33,662 nucleotides of DNA from Deltaproteobacteria bacterium TL4 (GTDB lineage: Bacteria; SAR324; NAC60-12): contig JBBCAX010000049.1 of assembly GCA_051382335.1 (NCBI GenBank), positions 1 through 33,662 on the forward strand. The letters run 5' to 3'. The translations under genes and the position numbers were made by a program. The notes under the pieces are model-generated. The model was not told the DNA's origin. It worked only from the letters and a program-made list of their open reading frames with translations, and made no database searches. Below are positions 26,560 through 33,662 of the stretch, piece after piece. Position 1 is the stretch's first letter; the number at the start of each line of letters is the position of its first letter.

Positions 26560-28290
26560 TCAGGACTCAACGCATTGACGTGTATCGGGTGCCGTCCAAG
26601 TATCCGCGGTTACGCCCTCGGCTTTGAGGAGGTGTTTCACAACTCGATGCGTTTCCGTTTTAGGCAGTTCTTTGAGCATCCTGACATAAGTCGGCATGGC
26701 ATAACGTGGCAGTTTCCCTTCCAAATCTTTGAGCAGTTGTTCTGGCGTTAATTTTTCTCCAGGTTTGAGAACCAAAATCACCATAACCTCCTCCTCACCC
26801 AGCGCGGAAGGGACACCAAAGGCGGTACTCTCAACGACGGAAGGATGTCGGTCAATCACACTTTCTAATTCAAGCGCGGAGATGTTTTCGCCTTTGCACC
26901 TCATGGAATCGGTCTTACGTCCTTCGAAATAAAGAAATCCGGCTTTATCCTTTGAAAGCAGATCCCCACTATAAACCCATCCATCTCGAACCTTCTTTTT
27001 GGTGGCTTCTTCGTTTTCAAAATAAGCAACTTGAGCATGACTCTGTTCTCCAACGTAATGAATCAATTCTCCTGGCGTGTTGACAGGAACATCATTTCCG
27101 GCATCATCAATCAAACGATAACGCTTTCGCCCCATAGGTTTTCCCACAGAACCCACCGGTGCGTTTCCAAAATTAAAGGTTGAAAATCCGCCGCCGTCAA
27201 CAGCCGCAAAAGCTTCCCAAATTTCAACATTAAACCGCTCCTCAAAAGGTTGCCACAAATGAGCAGGACAGGCCGCGCTCAGCACTTTACGAACCTTGTG
27301 TTTTCCATCCAGAGCGTCAGGCGTTTGCTTCATTAAAATGGCAATCATGGTACCTAAGGTATTGAAAATGGTCGCTTCCGATTCCCGGATCTCTTTCCAG
27401 AAATTTCTGGCACTGAATTTCCGGGAAAGAACGACGCGAGAATTGGCAAACATCGATTGAAAGGTCGTAATGATCAGCGCGTTCGCATGAAACAAGGGCA
27501 GGCAGGTATAATAAACATCGTCTTCTTTAAGTATCAGATGATTGAGCAGCCTCACTAATTTGGCTTGGGAATGGCCATATTGGTAAACCACACCTTTGGG
27601 ATGTCCTGTCGTTCCCGAAGTGTACATCAGCATACTTGGCGCTGAGGACTCAATCCCGCTTAAGGGAGTTTGCTGGGGCTTACTTGCCAACAAAGTTCGA
27701 TAGGGATGCCCCGTCTGCAGTTCTTGATCACTGGAAAACTCAGGCACAATGACGATTTCAATGCTCTTTTTCAGTTTGGCTTGAACTCTCTGAAGTTCTG
27801 GAAGCAGAGCTGGCGAAGTGAAAATCGTGTCGACTTTGGCATTGTTGATGATGTAGGCCAACCCCTCATCTCGCAAAGAGGTATTGATGGGGATGACACA
27901 GGCCCCAATCCTTTGTGCGGCAAAAAAGATTTCCAGAAAGGCTGGAACATTGGGTAGAAAAAGACCGACCATTTTGGAAACGTTGGTTCCCATGTCGAGA
28001 AGAGCCTGGGCAACTCGTGACGCATGATCATTCAAATCCTGATAGCTGTACCGCTCACCCTCAAAGTCCAGAAAAATCCGCCCTCCATATCGAGACGCTC
28101 TCTGGTCTAATTCTTCAGCCAACGTCCGGTTAGGCATAAAACGAGGTTCCTTGGCTTTTACCGTTTCACTAATCGTATGCAAAAAGGGAATCAACCCTTC
28201 ATTGCGGATTTCGGTGCTTGCGAAATGGATGATCCCCTTCAAAACCGCTTTCTTCAAAGCGAGTGGATCTCTGATTTCTGGCTGTGTCAT
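26560..28290 (-). CDS. AMP-forming acyl-CoA synthetase (CaiC-like carboxylate-CoA ligase)
   Basis: YTSGTTGHPKGV, LPLFHANA, SGDL, GRKTDSMRCKGENIS, PKTETHRV. Probable start ATG 28290 (AAGGA upstream); the ORF track start is 28311. Confidence 0.92.
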   Translation of the reverse strand: MTQPEIRDPLALKKAVLKGIIHFASTEIRNEGLIPFLHTISETVKAKEPRFMPNRTLAEELDQRASRYGGRIFLDFEGERYSYQDLNDHASRVAQALLDMGTNVSKMVGLFLPNVPAFLEIFFAAQRIGACVIPINTSLRDEGLAYIINNAKVDTIFTSPALLPELQRVQAKLKKSIEIVIVPEFSSDQELQTGHPYRTLLASKPQQTPLSGIESSAPSMLMYTSGTTGHPKGVVYQYGHSQAKLVRLLNHLILKEDDVYYTCLPLFHANALIITTFQSMFANSRVVLSRKFSARNFWKEIRESEATIFNTLGTMIAILMKQTPDALDGKHKVRKVLSAACPAHLWQPFEERFNVEIWEAFAAVDGGGFSTFNFGNAPVGSVGKPMGRKRYRLIDDAGNDVPVNTPGELIHYVGEQSHAQVAYFENEEATKKKVRDGWVYSGDLLSKDKAGFLYFEGRKTDSMRCKGENISALELESVIDRHPSVVESTAFGVPSALGEEEVMVILVLKPGEKLTPEQLLKDLEGKLPRYAMPTYVRMLKELPKTETHRVVKHLLKAEGVTADTWTAPDTRQCVES

Positions 28291-28497
28291 GATTTCCTTT
28301 CCTTTGTTCATTAATCATTATACTTGCATGATCACCCCCCCATGAGTATCCCCATAAGGCGCATGATTCTCTGGATATTTTTTTGGTATACACTTTGTTT
28401 ACCGGCGGGGTATACAACAAGTGTATTCAAAATTCAACAACTATTTTGAAACATTTTTAGCTATAAAATAGAGGGAATAAGGTTTTAAAAGGAATAT

Positions 28498-28836
28498 TTA
28501 GTCTCGTTTCAGCATCTCTTTGTCGATTTTAATGAGGATTCCGATTTGCTCATCGTTCAATTTCCCGAGAACTTTATGGACAATCATGTGCATCCCCCCC
28601 TTCATGGTTTTGATACCGATGTTGACAATTTTTAAGCCAAAGCTGCTGACTTTCAATTCATTGGGAATTCGCCAAAAGAAGTAATCAACACCAATGTCGA
28701 CTTGCTCCAAGAGTATCTCGATGATCCCCGGAAGATACTGTTGATTGTTTGACGAATCCTGCTCCATTTTTTCAGCAAGGCGTTGAAGTTTATCATATAA
28801 TTCATCGGTAATTGGAAAAGTACAATAGGATGTCAT
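28498..28836 (-). CDS. Hypothetical 112-aa helical protein
   Basis: Non-overlapping ORF with ATG start, on the same strand as its neighbours, filling the gap. No motif recognised. Confidence 0.6.
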   Translation of the reverse strand: MTSYCTFPITDELYDKLQRLAEKMEQDSSNNQQYLPGIIEILLEQVDIGVDYFFWRIPNELKVSSFGLKIVNIGIKTMKGGMHMIVHKVLGKLNDEQIGILIKIDKEMLKRD

Positions 28837-28943
28837 AGTTTTATCTCACTCATAATGTCATAATATAGATCATCTCAATGCTCGATTTTGATTCAGATGA
28901 TACGCTCAAAAGGGACAGTATTGATATTGTCAATCATTAAATC

Positions 28944-28978
28944 AATGCGAATCCGAGTGAAGGTCTCACTCGCGCATT
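28944..28978 (-). terminator. Stem-loop immediately after the MerR-family stop codon
   Basis: AATGCG..CGAGTGA-aggtc-TCACTCG-CGCATT bulged hairpin followed on the minus strand by AT-rich sequence; the U-tract is weak. Confidence 0.45.
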
Positions 28979-29733
28979 CAATCCAACTGTTTTTGGATCG
29001 GTGGTAGGGGAAAGGTCTTCAAAAATTGAAGTATTTTCCGCTTATGTAAAATTCCAATCAACTCATTAAACAACGGAATGGCCTCTGTCACCATCCTCCA
29101 GGCCTCATCCACTTGAATGTCACGCATGTGTTCTATTAATAACTGAAATTCTTTAGTAAATAATTCCGAGACCATTTCTTCGTACATGGCCAGATCTTTG
29201 GGAGTTACATTTCGCATTGACGAAAACCCCATGTCTCGTAACGAGGCCCAGATTTTAAGGACTCTCTGATCATCGAACGATAACATGACATTGCCTTGAG
29301 ATTCTTTAATATTCAACAATCCAATTTGCTTCAGTTCCGCTAACTCTTCCTGTGAAACCGATAAATTTTTTAAAACCTCAACTAAGACCGCACGACCCTC
29401 ATGATTAGGGTCTTCGGAACTCAACTTTTGTTTCAAAATCTCCAGCGCAATTTGCTGCCGGTCTGAAAAACCTTCTTCTTGACTTTCCGTCAGTATCGCC
29501 TTAATCGCTTTCAACGGAAGAAAGTGCTGTTCCTGTAACTCCTTGATATGTTTCAGGCGCTCAATATGCTCGGGACCATACCAGGCCATGTTCTTAGCCG
29601 TCTTTTCATGCTCCGGAAGCAACCCTTCCGCAATATAAAAGTGAATCGTCTTTTTACTCACACCGGTCTTGTCCACTAACTCACTTACACGATATCGTTG
29701 TTTTGGCGTGGGAGTTGTTTTTTGAGAAACCAT
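28978..29733 (-). CDS. MerR-family transcriptional regulator
   Basis: N-terminal YRVSELVDKTGVSKKTIHFYIAEGLLP...WYGPEHIERLKHIKELQ...LPLKAIK. Probable start ATG 29733 (AAGGA upstream). Confidence 0.9.
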   Translation of the reverse strand: MVSQKTTPTPKQRYRVSELVDKTGVSKKTIHFYIAEGLLPEHEKTAKNMAWYGPEHIERLKHIKELQEQHFLPLKAIKAILTESQEEGFSDRQQIALEILKQKLSSEDPNHEGRAVLVEVLKNLSVSQEELAELKQIGLLNIKESQGNVMLSFDDQRVLKIWASLRDMGFSSMRNVTPKDLAMYEEMVSELFTKEFQLLIEHMRDIQVDEAWRMVTEAIPLFNELIGILHKRKILQFLKTFPLPPIQKQLD

Positions 29734-29764
29734 GAACATCCTTGTCGCTTATTACCATTAACTA

Positions 29765-29816
29765 TATAGTGTCTAGTATTACTGGCCACTATAGGTACAA
29801 TCATTTTGATTGTCAA
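29765..29816 (-). promoter_or_regulatory. Sigma70-type promoter of the MerR-family gene with overlapping 29-bp palindromic operator
   Basis: Minus strand TTGACA (29816-29811), 17-bp spacer, TATAGT (29793-29788). The imperfect palindrome TATAGTG-TCT-AGTA-T-TACT-GGC-CACTATA (29765-29793) starts at the -10 box and covers the expected +1. Confidence 0.75.
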
Positions 29817-29874
29817 CAAGAAAATAGGGTATCCCGCACTTTTTATATAAATCCTTATCCCAGCTAAAAGCCGA

Positions 29875-31443
29875 TTACGCAATAGTGACTTGTGAACCAA
29901 TGCGTGCGACAATGATCGTAATATCGTCTTTCCATTTTTCTCCTCCATAGTGAGCAAAGGCCGCTTCAAGAATGTGCTCTTTAATTTGTGCGGCGGTCCT
30001 GTTCCCAGACGATTTCAAGATTTGTTTTAACCGTCGAGTGCCGAACATTTCGGCGTTGGAATTGGTATTTTCTGTCAACCCATCCGTATACCAAAGCAAA
30101 ATACTGCCTTCTTGCAGGGGGTGTGTCTTTACTTGCCAGTTAGCGTTTGCGCCAGCTCCAATAGAATAGCTTCGTTGCCTCAATGTCACAAGAGACGTGC
30201 CATTCAGAGTAGCCTCTGATTCCTGAGCAGGGCACCACAGATAAAGAGGACAGTGGGCCGCGCTGATCCAGTGAAAGACCTTATTTTTCAGGTCAATCCT
30301 GGAAAAGAATAAGGTCATGGTATAATGACCCTGTGTTGTATTGAGGACATAGGCGTTCAAGTTTCGAAATAAGTCCAGTGCGGAATCAGGCTCGTTCAGA
30401 GAGGATACCGGTTGATTCTCTACAAAAGCCTGACAAAAACCACTGGTCATTGCGGTCACTAATGCGGCAGGAAGGCCATGTCCTGAGACATCACCAATCA
30501 ACACGTCCAACATTTGTTGTTCCGGGTGATGACGAAAATCGTACCAGTCGCCCCCCGTTTCAGAAGCGGACTGATAAAAAGTGGCAAGATCGAGGTTAGG
30601 ACATTGAGGAACTTGGCGAGGAATGATGAATTGTTGAACGATCTGCGCTGTTTCTAATTCCAACTTTGCGCGTTCCATGGATTTTAAGGATTCACGGGCT
30701 TGAACCAGATTACGAATCATGTCATTAAAGGCTTCTTCCAGAATTTTTAGCTCATTCCTTTTAATAATTCCAATATTGATCTGAACGTTTTCCAAATTCT
30801 CCATGCGTAACTGTTCCGCTGCGAGAGCGAGTTTGGAAAGGGGGCGTCCCAACACATAATGGGCACACCCGATGAAAATAAGCCACAACGCTGCTGTTTT
30901 CAAAATGGAATTTACCAAAATAAATAAAAATCCATACTTAATCTTATCGATCACAATATCCGTGCTGGAGTACAAAGTGATTCGACCCACATTTTTTTCA
31001 AAAGAAGGGCTTTCTCGATAAATCAAAGGAAACGATTTTTGGAACAAAGCATAGACCAGTTTTTGTTGGATAGGGTGTTGCTTTTTACCATCGTTCGAAA
31101 TCCATCGTTCCCCTAATTCATTGGATGTTTCTCCGATTTGAAAAAAAAGGGAGGTTTCATCCTGGATGGTAATACCCTTGATTGAAGGTAATTTCAGCAT
31201 TCCTTTGACAATGTCCTGTAACTGTTCTTCATCCACATTCCATAACGCGTGAGCAATTCCGTTTTCAAATGTCTGATGGAACAGTTCCAAGTCTTCAATG
31301 ATCTCTTGCTTGGTACGCACATATTCTGCAAACATATGAATCAGAGTCACACTAATTGCGACAGCGATATAAAAAGAAAAGACAATCTTTAATAACTGGA
31401 AAGATACGGAGTTATGGATCTGAACTTTAGTCTGGTTCTGCAT
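29875..31443 (-). CDS. Membrane sensor SpoIIE/PP2C phosphatase (TM-periplasmic-TM-HAMP-PP2C)
   Basis: Two TM segments; HAMP (GRPLSKL...NELKILEEAFNDM); ETGGDWYD, GDVSGHG, WYTDGLTE, DDITII. Confidence 0.9.
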   Translation of the reverse strand: MQNQTKVQIHNSVSFQLLKIVFSFYIAVAISVTLIHMFAEYVRTKQEIIEDLELFHQTFENGIAHALWNVDEEQLQDIVKGMLKLPSIKGITIQDETSLFFQIGETSNELGERWISNDGKKQHPIQQKLVYALFQKSFPLIYRESPSFEKNVGRITLYSSTDIVIDKIKYGFLFILVNSILKTAALWLIFIGCAHYVLGRPLSKLALAAEQLRMENLENVQINIGIIKRNELKILEEAFNDMIRNLVQARESLKSMERAKLELETAQIVQQFIIPRQVPQCPNLDLATFYQSASETGGDWYDFRHHPEQQMLDVLIGDVSGHGLPAALVTAMTSGFCQAFVENQPVSSLNEPDSALDLFRNLNAYVLNTTQGHYTMTLFFSRIDLKNKVFHWISAAHCPLYLWCPAQESEATLNGTSLVTLRQRSYSIGAGANANWQVKTHPLQEGSILLWYTDGLTENTNSNAEMFGTRRLKQILKSSGNRTAAQIKEHILEAAFAHYGGEKWKDDITIIVARIGSQVTIA

Positions 31444-31461
31444 CAAAAATCTTGATTGAGG

Positions 31462-31920
31462 TTAGGTTTTTTCTTCCAGGAACTCCAAGGTTTCTTCATC
31501 TTCGGGAGCCATTTGATTTCCACATTGATGACATCGGACTCGAGGAAGCCTCAAAGCGGGTTTCACATCCACACGATGGATGAGAACAGGTTTATACGAA
31601 TTACAATTCTCACAAACGAAAGCGATTTCAAATGAAACAATTTCAACACCTTCTGAAAAAGAAAGCGCAATATTGCAAGCTTCGACTACAGTTTCTGAAC
31701 ACCTTTCATAGACAATTTGTTTTCCTTTACTTTGAAGGCGCCTTAAGTTTTCAATCCATTTTTTCAATCCTATGGAATTAATTTTACGAATTCCGTGTAG
31801 ATTGAGAATCAGCTTGGTATCAGGGCTTTCGTGTAAGGGGGATAAATCCATGAACTCATCAATATTACCCGATAGCACCCATGTTCTATCATCTGTTGAC
31901 GTAATTTCCAGTAAAGACAT
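31462..31920 (-). CDS. STAS-like (anti-anti-sigma type) protein with C-terminal zinc ribbon
   Basis: LSGNIDE, LILNLHGIRKINSIGL (Ser at the STAS phosphorylation position); CENC...CHQC. Probable start ATG 31920 after AAGGA. Confidence 0.72.
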   Translation of the reverse strand: MSLLEITSTDDRTWVLSGNIDEFMDLSPLHESPDTKLILNLHGIRKINSIGLKKWIENLRRLQSKGKQIVYERCSETVVEACNIALSFSEGVEIVSFEIAFVCENCNSYKPVLIHRVDVKPALRLPRVRCHQCGNQMAPEDEETLEFLEEKT

Positions 31921-31934
31921 AACCATCCTTTGGC

Positions 31935-32882
31935 TTAAAGTTGCTTGTTTTTAATAAAACAATTAATAGAACATTGCGATTTGTTCCATCTTCTGTTCTT
32001 GGTATGAATATGAACGATAAACTCGGTTGAGTTTCCAGGGTCCAAGTTAAGGACCAAGGAAGTGACTTTTCTGAGAATCAAGACAAGTCCCAGCCCTGCA
32101 CCCCCCGAAGTGTCTTCAATTTCCATGTGAGTCTTTGCGAACTTACGAACCGCACTGTAGATTTTACTGAGCGACATACTCCCGTATTCATCACGAACGG
32201 AAATAATCATTTGCTCCGGCTCTGACCAGCAATGGACAGATACAAACTTTCCGGTTTCCATTACAATGCTTTTTTGACGATTCCAATGGGAATAACAGTG
32301 TTGCCCTTGCAGGTCCACAGGCGAATGAAAAAAAGAATTGGTCATCAGCTCATCGGAAATCAATTCAATGGAGCGTCGAAATTCACTATTGATATTCAAG
32401 GTGCGGCTCCACTCCGCAATTTCGCTCAAAACCTCGTCTCGCTGTGATGAAGCGTTTAAACACCAGTGTTTGTGGGTTCCTGATACTTTGATGTAAGGCT
32501 CAATCCCCAAAAGAGGTCCCCACAGTAATTTTTTGAGGGTCACAAGCAGCATCTCAAAATGTAAGACCTCTTCATTTTCAACAGCAATCAAGTGCTGGAG
32601 GCTCCATTCTTCACATAAATCTGCTTGAGAAAGTGGAATTCCATGCGCAGAAACAAAAACCAGAATTGCGTCCAATCCCCGTTCTCGCCGTTGAGCCAGC
32701 CACTCTTGACTCAGATGGTCAATGATGATTATAGGGGGCGTTGTCAGCTTCCGGAATTCGGGTTCTGCGATGTGGACACATCCCAAGGACAACGTCGGGA
32801 CTGAGGGAAACTGATTTCTCAGTATTGGCAACAAGAGCTGCTCCATTGTTTGATCTTGGAAACAAATAAAAATTTCAGGCAT
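31935..32882 (-). CDS. GHKL/HATPase-domain protein (RsbW-like Ser kinase) with degenerate receiver-like N-terminus
   Basis: N-box ELISDELMTNSFFH, G1 ISVRDEYGS, G2 GGAGLGL; no HisKA H-box; upstream of the STAS and PP2C genes. Confidence 0.68.
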   Translation of the reverse strand: MPEIFICFQDQTMEQLLLPILRNQFPSVPTLSLGCVHIAEPEFRKLTTPPIIIIDHLSQEWLAQRRERGLDAILVFVSAHGIPLSQADLCEEWSLQHLIAVENEEVLHFEMLLVTLKKLLWGPLLGIEPYIKVSGTHKHWCLNASSQRDEVLSEIAEWSRTLNINSEFRRSIELISDELMTNSFFHSPVDLQGQHCYSHWNRQKSIVMETGKFVSVHCWSEPEQMIISVRDEYGSMSLSKIYSAVRKFAKTHMEIEDTSGGAGLGLVLILRKVTSLVLNLDPGNSTEFIVHIHTKNRRWNKSQCSINCFIKNKQL

Positions 32883-32987
32883 CCGAACTCTAGAACTTAG
32901 AATTTGATAAGATGGATGGTAATGAGCTCAAATTTTTTCCCCATGCGTGGTTCCGTCTTTCATAGATTTATCCGATGCGGAACCTAG

Positions 32988-33128
32988 GTGGCTGTCCGAG
33001 AATACAAGTTGAGCCTAAGTAGGGTGCCGCTTAAGCGAAGCGAGCGCACCAAAAATAAGGGGACCGCAAGCTTTCTGGTGCGCTCGCTTCGCTTAAGCAC
33101 ACCCTACATCACATTCTCGGACAGCCAC
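32988..33128. mobile_element. 141-bp MITE at a CTAG site enclosing a GTAG-REP doublet
   Basis: Perfect 16-bp terminal inverted repeat GTGGCTGTCCGAGAAT (32988-33003) / ATTCTCGGACAGCCAC (33113-33128), flanked by CTAG on both sides (32984-32987, 33129-33132). Inner arms GTAGGGTGCCGCTTAAGCGAAGCGAGCGCACCA (33019-33051) / TGGTGCGCTCGCTTCGCTTAAGCACACCCTAC (33076-33107). Confidence 0.87.
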
Positions 33129-33297
33129 CTAGACGATCAGCCCTTGATCCTAATTTGTATCCATATGCTTTTTAAAGTGTTTTACCAAGTTCCTATCATT
33201 TTTAATTTCAGTTTGTCGACAAGAAATTAACTATTATTTTGAATGTCTGAAATGAAGGCCTTTACAGTTTGCTCCAATTTAAGTTAGATACTATAGA

Positions 33298-33469
33298 GTG
33301 CTTGAAACCTTGAATCCAGGGGATATTTACGGAGAACAAGCCTATCTCGATGGAACGCCGAGTCTCTTTAAGATCGACGTCCTTGAAGACGCGGAAGTCT
33401 ATCCGTTTGAGGATCCCCTGCTTTTAAAAAGCCCGCTCATTCTAAACAATTTATTTTTTAATCCGATCA
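33298..33469 (+). pseudogene. Fragment of a cyclic-nucleotide-binding (cNMP/Crp-type) domain running into a MITE
   Basis: LETLNPGDIYGEQAYLDGTPSLFKIDVLEDAEV matches the LxxGDxFGE...RSAxxxAxxD half of a cNMP domain. The N-terminal half is missing and the ORF tail is read through the element starting at 33470. Confidence 0.55.
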
Positions 33470-33558
33470 GGCCAACGTCATCGTTTCGTCAAAAGGCAGC
33501 AAGCTTTGAAATCCGGCTTCGACTCCGCTCAGCTTGCGAGGTTGTTCCCTGAGCGAAG
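33470..33558. mobile_element. Truncated second copy of the 378-500 MITE
   Basis: Aligns without gaps to 378-466 at 78/89 identities (counted by hand), including the left terminal repeat variant and the inner hairpin. The right terminal repeat is absent within the window. Confidence 0.85.
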
Positions 33559-33662
33559 CGACTGTCTTGAAAGTCAAGTGGTTTTTAAGATATTTTGAAC
33601 ATAATTTTCATCCCAAGGGCAATTGTTTTTGGCCATTGAGTTTAAGATGATTAACAATTTTC

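Noticed and set aside
32988..33230. 80-aa ORF
   Set aside because: It begins at the MITE terminal repeat and translates the palindromic core; an artefact.
378..33558. Palindromic repeats as a CRISPR array, tRNAs or integron attC sites
   Set aside because: They are dispersed inverted doublets rather than tandem repeat-spacer units. No cas or integrase genes, no cloverleaf, and no consistent RYYYAAC/GTTRRRY ends.

Overview
Bacterial chromosomal window. The gene content and style suggest a Deltaproteobacteria-like lineage such as SAR324, but this is inference only. Left end: a co-transcribed ComEC-type MBL lipoprotein and secreted thermonuclease, a divergent 5-repeat Ig-like lipoprotein, a truncated prepilin-peptidase homolog, and a hybrid histidine kinase with a REC-PP2C partner. 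Centre: a ~17 kb minus-strand acyl-CoA gene cluster downstream of a MerR-family regulator. In transcription order it encodes a CoA ligase, nitroreductase, 2x[4Fe-4S] ferredoxin, two Tat-signal FAD oxidoreductases each with an inserted rubredoxin-type module, a stand-alone ACS middle-domain homolog plus CooC ATPase (no CODH/ACS in the window), 2-hydroxyacyl-CoA dehydratase-family subunits and activator, an SDR, an active/degenerate acyl-CoA dehydrogenase pair and an SCP2-type thiolase. Right end: a kinase/STAS/PP2C partner-switching triad and a disrupted cNMP-domain fragment. The most striking non-coding signal is a set of 120-185 bp nested intergenic elements. In each, a REP-type doublet hairpin is enclosed by IS-like terminal inverted repeats with target-site duplications, and the outer ends belong to different sequence types. 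No transposase, tRNA, rRNA or CRISPR array was recognised. All protein calls come from motif recognition by eye, not database searches.
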